Below are positions 39,868-50,322 of a stretch of DNA of 64,000 nt, piece after piece. Numbering within the stretch: position 1 is the first letter of the stretch; the number at the start of each line of letters is the position of its first letter. The stretch is from Alphaproteobacteria bacterium (GTDB lineage Bacteria; Pseudomonadota; Alphaproteobacteria; JBFXJJ01), in assembly GCA_050175015.1 (NCBI GenBank), contig JBFXJJ010000010.1:25577-89576 (forward strand), given 5' to 3'. A program made the position numbers and the translations under genes. Below the pieces are notes generated by a model that saw nothing but the letters and a program-made list of their open reading frames with translations, was not told the origin of the DNA and did not search any database.

Positions 39868-40593
39868 ATGACAGATAACTTGAAATATAAAAGAATCTTA
39901 TTAAAGCTTTCAGGCGAAGGACTTCTTGGCAATAAGGAATATGGATTAGATAATGAAACCGTAGCGAACATCGCAGATGATATTGTTAAGGTTCATAAAC
40001 AAGGGGTTGAGGTTTGTGTAGTTATTGGCGGCGGAAACATTTTTAGAGGAGTTTCAGGGGCGGCTTCTGGTATGGATAGAGCCAGCGCTGATTATATGGG
40101 TATGCTTGCAACAATTATCAATTCTTTGGCTGTGCAAGATGCTTTGGAACGTCGTGGAGCATCTACTAGAGTTGTGTCGGCAATATCAATGCCTACAATT
40201 TGTGAAAGTTATATTAGAAGAAAATGTTTGAGGCATCTAGAAAAAGGCAGGATTGTTATTTTTGCAGCAGGTACAGGAAATCCATTCTTTACAACCGATA
40301 CGGCGGCATCATTAAGGGCCGTCGAAATGGGGTGCAATGCTTTATTAAAGGCTACTCAAGTTGATGGTGTATATTCGGCAGACCCCAAAAAAGATAAAAA
40401 TGCGGAAAGATATGAGTCTCTTTCTTATAATGAAGTTATATCAAAAAATTTAAAAGTGATGGATACTTCTGCAGTAGCTCTTGCAAGAGAAAATAATTTG
40501 CCCATAATAGTATTTTCATTGCATAATTCAGGTGCTTTAGAGAATGTTCTAAAAGGACTTGGAAGATATACAAAAATTACTAAGGAGAGTTAA
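39868..40593 (+). CDS. pyrH: UMP kinase
   Basis: [23 protein letters not shown]. Confidence 0.97.
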   Translation: MTDNLKYKRILLKLSGEGLLGNKEYGLDNETVANIADDIVKVHKQGVEVCVVIGGGNIFRGVSGAASGMDRASADYMGMLATIINSLAVQDALERRGASTRVVSAISMPTICESYIRRKCLRHLEKGRIVIFAAGTGNPFFTTDTAASLRAVEMGCNALLKATQVDGVYSADPKKDKNAERYESLSYNEVISKNLKVMDTSAVALARENNLPIIVFSLHNSGALENVLKGLGRYTKITKES

Positions 40594-40594
40594 T

Positions 40595-41167
40595 ATGGTC
40601 GACGCTAATGATTTTGCATCAGTAAGGAAAGATTTAAAACATCGTATGGATAAAACAATAGATGTTTTAAAACAAGAGTTTTCAGGGCTTAGAGCAGGAA
40701 GAGCCAGCACTGGATTGTTAGATGCAGTTGTGGTTGATGCTTATGGTTCAAAACTTCCTGTAAATCAAGTTGGCAACATCGGTGTTGTTGATTCTCGTAT
40801 GCTTTCGGTTCAAGTTTGGGACAAGGGGCTAATTAAAGCTGTCGAAAAAGGAATTTTAGAAGCAAATTTAGGTTTGAATCCTATCGTTGATGGGCAAACT
40901 GTGAGGATTCCTATTCCTCCTCTTAGTGAGGAACGCCGTAATGAACTTAAAAAAGTTGCCAGCAAATATACAGAAAATGCCCGTGTTGCTATTCGTAATG
41001 TTCGCCGTGAAGGTATGGAAGCTGTTAAAAAAATGCAGAAAGACGGCGCTATTTCTGAAGATGAACAAAGAAAATTTGAAAATGAAGTCCAGAAGATGAC
41101 CGACGATTCTATTAAAGAGATGGATGACGCTCTTGCCAGTAAAGAAAAAGACATAATGCAAGTTTAA
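40595..41167 (+). CDS. frr: Ribosome recycling factor
   Basis: [23 protein letters not shown]; start moved to ATG 40595. Confidence 0.97.
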   Translation: MVDANDFASVRKDLKHRMDKTIDVLKQEFSGLRAGRASTGLLDAVVVDAYGSKLPVNQVGNIGVVDSRMLSVQVWDKGLIKAVEKGILEANLGLNPIVDGQTVRIPIPPLSEERRNELKKVASKYTENARVAIRNVRREGMEAVKKMQKDGAISEDEQRKFENEVQKMTDDSIKEMDDALASKEKDIMQV

Positions 41168-41186
41168 TAGGTTTGAAACTTGTTTT

Positions 41187-41921
41187 ATGATGTCAAATTT
41201 TCATAAAAAATTCGAATTAAAAATACCTCGTCATATTGCCGTTATTATGGACGGCAATGGGCGTTGGGCGAAAGCTAGGAATCTTCCCCGAACAGCAGGA
41301 CACAAAAAAGGAGCCGAGGCAGTACGCAGAATTGTAGAAGCTGCCTGCGAAATAGGCTTGTCTTATTTAACACTTTTTGCTTTTTCTTCTGAGAACTGGA
41401 ATCGTTCAAAAACTGAAGTTAGCATTTTAATGCAGCTCTTAAAAAATTATATAATTAAAGAAATTCCAGAGTTAGACAGGCAAGGGGTAAGAGTTAGTTT
41501 TATTGGAGATAGAACAAAGCTTAGCTCTGATATTGTTTCCGAAATGGAAGCGGCGGAAGCTAAAACGTCTAAAAACGACAAACTAAATTTGATTATAGCG
41601 CTTAGTTATGGTGCAAGAGAAGAAATTTTAGCAGGAGTTAAGTCTATTATATCTGATGTTGGCAATGGTTCGTTGTTAATAGATAAATTAGATGAAAACG
41701 AGTTTTCTAAAAGATTATATACCAAAGATATTCCCGATCCAGATGTTGTTATAAGAACCAGCGGTGAAAAAAGGATCAGCAATTTTTTACTGTGGCAGGT
41801 AGCCTATGCAGAATTCGTTTTTGCTGATGTTTTGTGGCCCGATTTTAGCAAAGAAAATTTAATTGCGGCGATAGAAGAATATTCTAAGAGAGAGCGCCGT
41901 TATGGAAAAGAAACAGCTTAA
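41187..41921 (+). CDS. uppS: Undecaprenyl diphosphate synthase
   Basis: HIAVIMDGNGRWA, FSSENW, RTSGEKRISNFLLWQ. Confidence 0.96.
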   Translation: MMSNFHKKFELKIPRHIAVIMDGNGRWAKARNLPRTAGHKKGAEAVRRIVEAACEIGLSYLTLFAFSSENWNRSKTEVSILMQLLKNYIIKEIPELDRQGVRVSFIGDRTKLSSDIVSEMEAAEAKTSKNDKLNLIIALSYGAREEILAGVKSIISDVGNGSLLIDKLDENEFSKRLYTKDIPDPDVVIRTSGEKRISNFLLWQVAYAEFVFADVLWPDFSKENLIAAIEEYSKRERRYGKETA

Positions 41922-41937
41922 CCAATAAGGAAAGTAT

Positions 41938-42699
41938 ATGTTAAAACAAAGGATTATTTCGGCTCTGGTAATGATACCGTTACCTTTATTAATAGTTTAT
42001 TTAGGCAATCCTTGGTTTGCCCTTACAGGGGCATTATTAGGTGTGGCTATGGCTTGGGAATGGCAGCAGATGCTTGAAAATAAATGTGATGTTTACGCCC
42101 TGTTTCTAGCTGGCTCGGCATCAATATCAACATTATTAAGTTTGGTATGCCCGATTGCGCCGTTTATGGTTGTGTTTTTTGCATCAATAATCTTTTTTGC
42201 TATTTTTAATCAAGATTCAACTAAGCTTAAAATATTTGGTTTCTTTTATATTTCTTTGCCCTTAGTCTCTCTTGTTTGGCTGCGTTCCAACTTTGACTTT
42301 GCTTATGTTTTATGGATTATAGGCGTTGTTTTGGCAACCGATATTGGAGGTTATGTCTTTGGTTGCAGTATTAGAGGTCCTTTGCTTTTGCCTTCAATAA
42401 GTCCTAAAAAAACTTGGGCAGGATTAATTGGAGGTATGCTGCTAGCAGCCTTGACAGGTTTTGCTTATGCTAAATTGGCAGGCAAAGAAGAAATATGGTT
42501 TGCGGGCGTAAGTGCTTTTTTAGCGGTTATATCTCAAGTCGGAGACTTTTTTGAATCGGGCGTAAAACGCCGTTTAGGAAAAAAAGATTCCAGCAATTTG
42601 ATTCCAGGGCACGGCGGAATATTTGACAGGATTGATGGTCTTTTGTTTGTTGCTCCTGCGGTTGCCATTTTTCAAGGCATTAAAATTATTATCACTTAA
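41938..42699 (+). CDS. cdsA: Phosphatidate cytidylyltransferase
   Basis: SPKKTWAG, GDFFES..KR...KDS..IPGHGGIFDRID. Confidence 0.95.
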   Translation: MLKQRIISALVMIPLPLLIVYLGNPWFALTGALLGVAMAWEWQQMLENKCDVYALFLAGSASISTLLSLVCPIAPFMVVFFASIIFFAIFNQDSTKLKIFGFFYISLPLVSLVWLRSNFDFAYVLWIIGVVLATDIGGYVFGCSIRGPLLLPSISPKKTWAGLIGGMLLAALTGFAYAKLAGKEEIWFAGVSAFLAVISQVGDFFESGVKRRLGKKDSSNLIPGHGGIFDRIDGLLFVAPAVAIFQGIKIIIT

Positions 42700-42736
42700 A
42701 ATAATTATTATAGTTATTAAATTAAGGCGCTTTTTT

Positions 42737-43894
42737 ATGAGTATGAAAGTTACAGTTCTAGGGTCAACAGGGTCAATAGGCAAAAGTACAATTGATATTT
42801 TATCTAGAAATTTAGATGCATATGAAGTTGTTGGTTTGACAGCTAATAACAATGTTGAACTTTTGGCTGAACAGGTAAAAAATCTAAAACCTAAGTTTGC
42901 AGCCATTGCTAACAAAACTAAATATCAAGATTTAAAAGAAGCTCTAAGAGGTGAGAAAGTTGAAATTTTAGCAGGTGAAGATGCGATAGAAGATATCGCT
43001 GCAATAGATAGTGATTGGATTATGGCATCAATCGTTGGTGCCGCAGGGCTTAAACCTTTTATGAAAGCGATAAAAAAGGGCAGAGTTCTTGCTTTAGCAA
43101 ACAAAGAAACGCTTGTTTGTGCCGGTGATATCGTTATGAAAACCGTTAAGGAAAAGGGTGCAAAGCTGATTCCTGTAGATTCTGAGCATAGTGCAATTTT
43201 TCAAGTTTTAGAAAGTAACAATCACAGTAAAATAGACCGCATTCTTCTAACGGCGTCAGGTGGTCCTTTCCGTGAAAAGTCTTTAGAATATATGGCTAAA
43301 GTAACGCCTGCCGAGGCTGTTGCTCACCCTAATTGGAGTATGGGAGCAAAAATTTCAGTAGATTCGGCAACAATGATGAATAAAGGCTTAGAATTTATTG
43401 AAGCCTATCATTTATTTAATGTTCCGCCCGAAAAAATAGAAATAGTTGTTCACCCGCAGTCGGTAATTCACAGTGCTGTATCTTATGTTGATGGCTCAGT
43501 TTTGGCTCAAATGGGAAGCCCAGATATGAGAACTCCTATCGCTTATTCTTTATCTTACCCAGAGCGAATGACAACGCCTTCTCCTAAGCTAGACTTAACA
43601 AGTCTTGCTGCGTTGACGTTTAATAAACCCGATGAAAACCTCTTCCCTTGTATCAGAATAGCAAGAGAGTCCTTGAAACAAGGTGGTTTTGCCCCTATTG
43701 TAATGAACGCGGCTAATGAAGAAGCTGTTGCTAGCTTTTTAGCTGGCAGGATTGGTTTTTTAGATATTGCTCTTGTTGTAGAGAAGACTTTATCTCTTTC
43801 TTATGATAATAATATCTTAAATATTGAAGATGTTGTTGCAATAGATAAAAAGGCAAGGTACGAATCAAATAATATAATTAAAACTATCTCCTAG
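42737..43894 (+). CDS. dxr: 1-deoxy-D-xylulose 5-phosphate reductoisomerase
   Basis: LGSTGSIG, LANKE, PVDSEH, TASGGPF, HPNWSMG; start moved to ATG 42737. Confidence 0.96.
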   Translation: MSMKVTVLGSTGSIGKSTIDILSRNLDAYEVVGLTANNNVELLAEQVKNLKPKFAAIANKTKYQDLKEALRGEKVEILAGEDAIEDIAAIDSDWIMASIVGAAGLKPFMKAIKKGRVLALANKETLVCAGDIVMKTVKEKGAKLIPVDSEHSAIFQVLESNNHSKIDRILLTASGGPFREKSLEYMAKVTPAEAVAHPNWSMGAKISVDSATMMNKGLEFIEAYHLFNVPPEKIEIVVHPQSVIHSAVSYVDGSVLAQMGSPDMRTPIAYSLSYPERMTTPSPKLDLTSLAALTFNKPDENLFPCIRIARESLKQGGFAPIVMNAANEEAVASFLAGRIGFLDIALVVEKTLSLSYDNNILNIEDVVAIDKKARYESNNIIKTIS

Positions 43895-43910
43895 TTAGGA
43901 AAAAGAACTT

Positions 43911-45050
43911 ATGGAAACACTGTCATCAATTTTCTTTCACACGGTACCTTTTATTATCGTTTTATCAATTCTAGTTTTTGTTCATGAATTAGGACACTAT
44001 CTAATTGCAAAAATTTCTGGAGTTAGAATTGAAACATTCTCGATTGGTTTTGGTAAGGAAATCTTTGGTTTTAATGACAAAAGCGGAACTAGATGGAAAT
44101 TTAGTATGCTGCCTCTCGGGGGTTATGTCCGTATGTTCGGTGATGCTGATGAAACCAGCACAGGTATGTCAAGCGAAGCCAAAACTTTTACAGAAGAAGA
44201 GAAAAAAGTATCTTTTCCTCACCAATCTGCAGCTAAAAAATTAGCAATAACGGTAGCAGGACCTTTGGCTAATTATCTTTTTGCTATTTTCGCTTTAACG
44301 GTGTTGATTGCAACTTATGGCAAACCGACAGTTCCAGCAATAGTTGGTTCGGTGATAGAAAATTCAGCGTCTTTTGAAGCAGGGATTAAAACTGGAGACA
44401 GAATCGTATCCATAGACGGCAGGGAAATTGATAATTTTGCTAAACTTCAGAAAATAGTAACAAATTCGTCAGATAAAGAATTAAGTTTTGGAATTGAACG
44501 TGATGGTCAAAATTTAGAAATTAAAATGAAGCCTAGAATGACAGAAAAAGCTGATAAAGATACGGGCGTCATTACCAAAAAGCCTATGATAGGGATTGTT
44601 TCGGCTGAGATGCTTGAGAATAATTTTGTTGTTTTGCCGTTGCATAAAGCTTTTGTCTCGGCTCTTGAATATACTTATGACATTAATTCTCATACAATTT
44701 ATAGCTTATGGCAAATGGTAACTAGGCAAAAATCAGCAGAGGAGATTGGCGGGCCAATAAGGATTGCTGAATTATCTGCTAATGTTGCGACAGGTAAAAA
44801 ACCTATCCCTAGTATGATTTTTTTCATTGCGGTCTTGTCAATTAACCTTGGTTTGATTAATCTTCTTCCTATCCCAATTTTAGATGGCGGCAGTATTGTC
44901 TTTTATTTTTTTGAAGGATTAAGAGGAAAACCTCTTAACGAGAAATCACAAGAATGGCTGTTTAGATTTGGTTTTTTTGTTATATTGGCATTGATGATTT
45001 TTGCTACTTGGAATGATATTTCTCGGCTTTTTAGTCGTTGGTCGTCCTAA
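43911..45050 (+). CDS. rseP: RIP metalloprotease RseP
   Basis: HELGH, PDZ domain, NLLPIPILDGG. Confidence 0.95.
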   Translation: METLSSIFFHTVPFIIVLSILVFVHELGHYLIAKISGVRIETFSIGFGKEIFGFNDKSGTRWKFSMLPLGGYVRMFGDADETSTGMSSEAKTFTEEEKKVSFPHQSAAKKLAITVAGPLANYLFAIFALTVLIATYGKPTVPAIVGSVIENSASFEAGIKTGDRIVSIDGREIDNFAKLQKIVTNSSDKELSFGIERDGQNLEIKMKPRMTEKADKDTGVITKKPMIGIVSAEMLENNFVVLPLHKAFVSALEYTYDINSHTIYSLWQMVTRQKSAEEIGGPIRIAELSANVATGKKPIPSMIFFIAVLSINLGLINLLPIPILDGGSIVFYFFEGLRGKPLNEKSQEWLFRFGFFVILALMIFATWNDISRLFSRWSS

Positions 45051-45065
45051 AGGATAGAAAAAAGT

Positions 45066-47360
45066 ATGCAGTTTATTAAATTAATAAAAAAGATTTTAAG
45101 TCTTGCTGTTGCAATTAACGCGTTGGTTTTAATTAATCTGGCTAATGCGGAAGAAGAGCATATTAATATTGCAGGCAAAATTATCATTGAAGGTAACCAG
45201 CGTATTGAACCTGAAACCATTTATTCATATATGATGATTAAAGAAGGTTTGATTTATGATGCTGAAGCCATCAATAATTCCTTAAAAAATCTTTTTGCAA
45301 CAGGACTTTTTGCTGATGTCAGGATAGAAACTTCTGGCGATGATTTGGTTGTCAAGGTCGTTGAAAATCCTGTTATAAACAGAATTTCTTTTGAAGGTAA
45401 TACTCGTATTAAAGATGATACCTTAGCCGAGCAAACAGCTCTTAAATCAAGAGAGACTTATTCTCGAGCAAAAGTCCAAAATGATTTAGAAAGATTAATG
45501 GAAGTATACCGCAGAAGTGGTATGTTTGCGGTTACGGTTGAACCTAAAATAATTGAACGTCCTCAGAATCGTGTTGATTTGGTTTATGAAATCAATGAGG
45601 GAGCTAAAACATATATTAAAAAAGTTAATTTTATTGGTAATAAAAAAATCACCTCAAGTGAATTAAGAGATGTTTTGGCTACCAAAGAAAAACGTTGGTA
45701 TCGCTTTTTTACTAACTCAAGTTCATATGATCCAGAAAGACTAAATTACGATAAGGAACTTCTTAGAAGGTATTATTTGAAAAAGGGCTATGCTGACTTT
45801 AGAGTTGAGTCTTCTGTTGCCGAACTTTCGGCTGATCGCAAAGACTTTTTTGTAACGTTTACCATTACGGAAGGTGAACGGTTCCATTTTGGAAAGCTTG
45901 ATATCACAACAACTTTGCCCGAACTTAAATCCGACTCACTAAAAGAAAATGTGACTATGACTGAAGGTGAATGGTATAATGCTGAGAAAGTTGAAAATAC
46001 GATTCAAAAAATAACGGATAGTGTCGGGGCTAAGGGATATGCTTTTGTTGATGTTTCTCCTAATACTAATGTTGATAGAGAGAAGCGCATTGTCGATGTG
46101 ACTTTTGCTGTTAATGAAGGCGCTAAGGTTTATGTTGATAGGGTAGATATAAGAGGAAATGTAAGAACTCTTGATAAAGTTATTAGAAGAGAAGTGCAGC
46201 TTACAGAAGGTGATGCTTTTAATACCGCAAGGCTTAGACGTTCTAATAAAAATATTGAAGATTTAAACTTCTTTTCTAAGGTTTCGATTACCCCAGAACA
46301 GTCGCCAGTTGCTAACGATAAAGTTGATATTAAGGTCGATGTTGAAGAAAAATCAACAGGTTCAATGTCCTTTGGTATTGGTTGGTCAACTAACAACGGT
46401 GGTATGGTTCAGACAGGTATTAAAGAACGTAACCTTATGGGCAAGGGGCAGGAACTTGGTGCTTCAGTGGCTTTAGCTCAGAAAAAAACCGAGTTTGATA
46501 TTAGTTTTACAGAGCCTTATTTTTTAGATAGAAAATTAAAAGCTGGTTTTGACTTGTATTATATTACCAAAGATTTACAAGACCAGAGCTCATATGATTC
46601 TAAAACAACAGGTGAATCGATTAGATTTGGCTGGGATTGGGGTGAAAATCTTAGTCAGTCAGTTAAATATACTTTATCTCAAGAAGAAATTAAAAATGTC
46701 GATGACGATGCTTCATTTTACATTAAGGAGCAGGAAGGCTCATATTTGGTTTCTTATGTTTCACAAAGTGTGTTTTATGACAGACTTGACAGCAAAGTAG
46801 ATCCAACAGAAGGTTATTATGTTAAATTTGGCAATGATTTAGCCGGTATTGGCGGCGATCGTCGTTTTATCACTACAGACGTTGGGGCTGGTAAGTATAT
46901 TCCAATAGGAGAAGACCTTACTTTAATGCTTTCGCTTGATGGTAAGGTTGTTAATGGCATTGGGCAAGATGTTAAGATTAATAATAGATATTTTCTTGGC
47001 GGCAATTCATTAAGAGGATTTGAGGCTGGCGGCGTTTCAGCTAGAGATAAAGTTACTGATGACTCTCTTGGCGGTAACTGGATAGTTTATGGTACCACTG
47101 AGCTTGCTTTCCCTCTTGGTATGCCATCAGAATTAGGTGTGAGGGGGCGTGTTTTTTCAGACTTTGGAACGGTTGGCGAGCCTGATAAATATAATGCAGC
47201 AGATGTTGATTATGCTTCTTCAATAAGGGCGTCCTTAGGTCTAGGACTTACTTGGAAATCTCCTTTAGGACCAATTAATATTGATTTTGCTAAAGCGATG
47301 AAAAAAGAAGATTTCGATTTAACAGAAGTATTTCGTTTAAATATGGGAACAAATTTTTAA
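45066..47360 (+). CDS. bamA: Outer membrane protein assembly factor BamA
   Basis: Signal peptide, POTRA repeats, LRGF loop, C-terminal Phe. Confidence 0.95.
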   Translation: MQFIKLIKKILSLAVAINALVLINLANAEEEHINIAGKIIIEGNQRIEPETIYSYMMIKEGLIYDAEAINNSLKNLFATGLFADVRIETSGDDLVVKVVENPVINRISFEGNTRIKDDTLAEQTALKSRETYSRAKVQNDLERLMEVYRRSGMFAVTVEPKIIERPQNRVDLVYEINEGAKTYIKKVNFIGNKKITSSELRDVLATKEKRWYRFFTNSSSYDPERLNYDKELLRRYYLKKGYADFRVESSVAELSADRKDFFVTFTITEGERFHFGKLDITTTLPELKSDSLKENVTMTEGEWYNAEKVENTIQKITDSVGAKGYAFVDVSPNTNVDREKRIVDVTFAVNEGAKVYVDRVDIRGNVRTLDKVIRREVQLTEGDAFNTARLRRSNKNIEDLNFFSKVSITPEQSPVANDKVDIKVDVEEKSTGSMSFGIGWSTNNGGMVQTGIKERNLMGKGQELGASVALAQKKTEFDISFTEPYFLDRKLKAGFDLYYITKDLQDQSSYDSKTTGESIRFGWDWGENLSQSVKYTLSQEEIKNVDDDASFYIKEQEGSYLVSYVSQSVFYDRLDSKVDPTEGYYVKFGNDLAGIGGDRRFITTDVGAGKYIPIGEDLTLMLSLDGKVVNGIGQDVKINNRYFLGGNSLRGFEAGGVSARDKVTDDSLGGNWIVYGTTELAFPLGMPSELGVRGRVFSDFGTVGEPDKYNAADVDYASSIRASLGLGLTWKSPLGPINIDFAKAMKKEDFDLTEVFRLNMGTNF

Positions 47361-47361
47361 C

Positions 47362-47931
47362 ATGAAAAAAATATTTTATTTTGTTTGTTTAACTATGCTT
47401 ATGGCAAATGTTAAATTAGCTGCAGCAGAAGAAGCTGTAGCATCTAATAATGGCAAATATGCTGTTATTGGTGTCGTGAATTTATTAAAAATTCAATCAG
47501 AAGCTAAAATTTATAAAGATATAAAGACAAAAAGAGATTCTTATATTGAAAAATATAAAAATGAAGTTGCTAAAAAAGAACAGGAATTCAGAAAAATAGA
47601 TCAAGAGCTTGCAGAAGAAGCAAAATCTGGTTCAACCCCAGAATTAGAAAAGAAGAAGGAAAATTTTGTAAATCAGCTTAGAGAATTCCAAAGCAAGGTT
47701 CAAAAAAGAAGTGAGAAAATAGGGGAAACGTTTATCAAGACTACATCTAAAGTCCAAATTGAAGCTTTGGCTCCAATTATTGAAAAAGTAGCAGAAGAGA
47801 GAGGCGTTAATCTTGTATTGAATAATGCTCAAATTATTTTCTTTGCTCCTTCTATGGATATGACCGATGAAGTTTTAACTAGATTGGATAAAAAAATATC
47901 AAGCATAGATTTTCCCGATCCTGATAAATAG
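47362..47931 (+). CDS. skp: OmpH/Skp periplasmic chaperone
   Basis: Signal peptide, coiled coil, DMTDEVL; synteny. Confidence 0.85.
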   Translation: MKKIFYFVCLTMLMANVKLAAAEEAVASNNGKYAVIGVVNLLKIQSEAKIYKDIKTKRDSYIEKYKNEVAKKEQEFRKIDQELAEEAKSGSTPELEKKKENFVNQLREFQSKVQKRSEKIGETFIKTTSKVQIEALAPIIEKVAEERGVNLVLNNAQIIFFAPSMDMTDEVLTRLDKKISSIDFPDPDK

Positions 47932-47996
47932 TTAAAATTAAAAAAGGATTGGTTTTAACTTTAAGATAGACAACCCAAAAAGAAGAAAGCGTTCAA

Positions 47997-49007
47997 ATGC
48001 CCGATAGTCGTTTTTTTAAACCAGAAAAAGGAATAAGCTTAAAAAGGCTTGCAGAAATAGCTGATTGCAGATTGGCGGATGGTGTTAATCCTGATTTTAT
48101 GATTAATAATGTTGCTAGTCTGCAATCAGGAAAAGAAGATGAAATTGCATTTTTTGATAATAAAAAAATGCAGGATATTTTTAAAAACAGCCAAGTAAAA
48201 GCTTGTATTGTAAAAGATGATTTTAAAAATGACGCTTTCGGCAAGTTTTTGCTTTTTAGTGCAAAGCCGCAAAGTTCTTTTGTGGCGGTTGCCAATTACT
48301 TCTACCCTCAAAAAAGCAAGATGGGCATCTCTGAACAAGCTGTCGTTTCTAAACAGGCTAAGCTTGGTCAAAACTGCTTGGTTGAAGCTGGAGTTGTAAT
48401 TGAAGATGGGGTTGTAATTGGTGATAATTGTGTTATTGGTTCCGCTTCGGTCATACGCCAAAATGTGTCTATAGGTAACGATTGCATTGTTGATGCGAAT
48501 GTTACAATCAGCCACGCCGTTATAGGAAACAGAGTAACGATTTATCCTGGTGTTAGAATAGGACAAGATGGCTTTGGGTATATTATGAGCGAGAGAGGTC
48601 ATACTAAAATCCCTCAGCTTGGTAAGGTCGTTATCGGCGATGATGTTGATATTGGTGCTAATTCTACCATTGATCGTGGAGCTTTAGATGACACAGTTAT
48701 TGGCAATGGCAGTAAAATTGATAATCTTGTCCAAATTGCTCACAATGTTAAGCTTGGTTTTGGTTGTGTTTCAGCATCTCAGGCTGGGATATCAGGAAGT
48801 ACAGAATTAGGTAATTTAGTTGCTATTGGCGGACAAGTAGGTATTGCTGGTCATCTCAGGCTCGGAGATGGGGCAAATGTGGCAGCAAAATCTGGTGTAA
48901 TGAGAGATGTTGGCTCTAAAGAAACAGTTATGGGGTATCCTGCTTTTCCTATGAGAGAATTTATGCGTCAAATAGCATACTTGCAAAAAGTATGTCGTTC
49001 TAAATAA
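47997..49007 (+). CDS. lpxD: UDP-3-O-acylglucosamine N-acyltransferase
   Basis: Hexapeptide repeats, [22 protein letters not shown]. Confidence 0.96.
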   Translation: MPDSRFFKPEKGISLKRLAEIADCRLADGVNPDFMINNVASLQSGKEDEIAFFDNKKMQDIFKNSQVKACIVKDDFKNDAFGKFLLFSAKPQSSFVAVANYFYPQKSKMGISEQAVVSKQAKLGQNCLVEAGVVIEDGVVIGDNCVIGSASVIRQNVSIGNDCIVDANVTISHAVIGNRVTIYPGVRIGQDGFGYIMSERGHTKIPQLGKVVIGDDVDIGANSTIDRGALDDTVIGNGSKIDNLVQIAHNVKLGFGCVSASQAGISGSTELGNLVAIGGQVGIAGHLRLGDGANVAAKSGVMRDVGSKETVMGYPAFPMREFMRQIAYLQKVCRSK

Positions 49008-49035
49008 TTTAAAAAAACTTATAAAGAGGTAAAAG

Positions 49036-49479
49036 ATGAGTAATGTTTACGATATAAATGATATAATGTCTATGATACCGCATAGATACCCATTTCTCCT
49101 TGTTGATAAGGTTAAGGATGTTGTTTTTAGTGAAAGTGCTGTCGGCATAAAAAATGTAACTATGAATGAACCATTTTTTCCAGGTCATTTTCCTGAAAGA
49201 CCTGTTATGCCAGGTGTTTTGATTGTTGAGGCTATGGCTCAAACGGCAGCTGTTTTAGTGGTTGGAACTTTGGGTGAAGCCGCAAAAGGCAAATTGGTTT
49301 ATTTTATGACAGTTGATGGTGCAAGATTTAGAAAACCTGTTTCTCCTGGTGATACTCTTCACATTCATGTAAAAAAAGAAAAAAATCGTGGCAATGTTTG
49401 GAAGTTTAATGGTGAAGTCAAAGTTGACGGAGCTGTTGTTGCTGAAGCAAACTTCTCAGCTATGATAATGGATAGATAA
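49036..49479 (+). CDS. fabZ: 3-hydroxyacyl-ACP dehydratase
   Basis: [26 protein letters not shown]. Confidence 0.97.
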   Translation: MSNVYDINDIMSMIPHRYPFLLVDKVKDVVFSESAVGIKNVTMNEPFFPGHFPERPVMPGVLIVEAMAQTAAVLVVGTLGEAAKGKLVYFMTVDGARFRKPVSPGDTLHIHVKKEKNRGNVWKFNGEVKVDGAVVAEANFSAMIMDR

Positions 49480-49517
49480 TAAAAAATTCTGATAATTAAT
49501 TTTATGGACAATAACAA

Positions 49518-50303
49518 ATGACGATGATTCATCCTACCGCTATCGTTGATAGCAAAGCCGAAATTGCTGAAACCGCTAAAATTGGTCCTTATTGTATTGT
49601 TGGACCTAATGTTGTACTTGGCGGTGGTGTTGAGCTTATTTCTCATGTTCACGTTACAGGGCATACAACGATTGGCGAGAACAGTAAAGTTTATCCTTTT
49701 GCTGTTTTAGGTGGTGGAGCTCAGCATATAAAATATATGGAGACTGATGCCCGTTTAGTTATTGGATCTAATAATATTATTAGAGAGCACGTAACAATGC
49801 ACACTGGAACTCCGATTGAAGAAATGATTACCAAAATAGGCGATAATTGCTTTTTTATGGTAGGGGCGCATGTTGCTCATGACTGCGTTGTTGGCAATAA
49901 TGTTATTATGACAAACAATTCAGCATTAGGTGGGCACGTTAGGGTCGGCGATTTTGCTATTATGGGTGGAATGTCTGCAGCTCATCAGTTTTGCAGAATT
50001 GGAAAACACGCTATGGTCGGCGGTATGACAGGCGTTGAGCAGGATGTTATTCCTTATGGTATGGTTATTGGCGATAGAGCAAGACTTTCAGGTCTTAATA
50101 TCGTTGGCTTAAAACGCAGAGGTTTTTCAAGAAACGACATCAAATCATTAAGGCAGGCTTATCGTATGCTTTTTGCTAAAGAAGGAACTTTGGCAGAAAG
50201 ATTAGAGGATGTTTCTCAGCTATTCAAAGACAATAATGCTGTTATGGATATTATAGAATTTATGCAAGTTGATTCTAACCGTCCTGTTTGTCAGCCAGAA
50301 TAA
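49518..50303 (+). CDS. lpxA: UDP-N-acetylglucosamine O-acyltransferase
   Basis: IHPTA, HVAHDC, HQFCRIG, GLN.VGLKRRG. Confidence 0.96.
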   Translation: MTMIHPTAIVDSKAEIAETAKIGPYCIVGPNVVLGGGVELISHVHVTGHTTIGENSKVYPFAVLGGGAQHIKYMETDARLVIGSNNIIREHVTMHTGTPIEEMITKIGDNCFFMVGAHVAHDCVVGNNVIMTNNSALGGHVRVGDFAIMGGMSAAHQFCRIGKHAMVGGMTGVEQDVIPYGMVIGDRARLSGLNIVGLKRRGFSRNDIKSLRQAYRMLFAKEGTLAERLEDVSQLFKDNNAVMDIIEFMQVDSNRPVCQPE

Positions 50304-50322
50304 AAACTTTTGTGGAATAGTT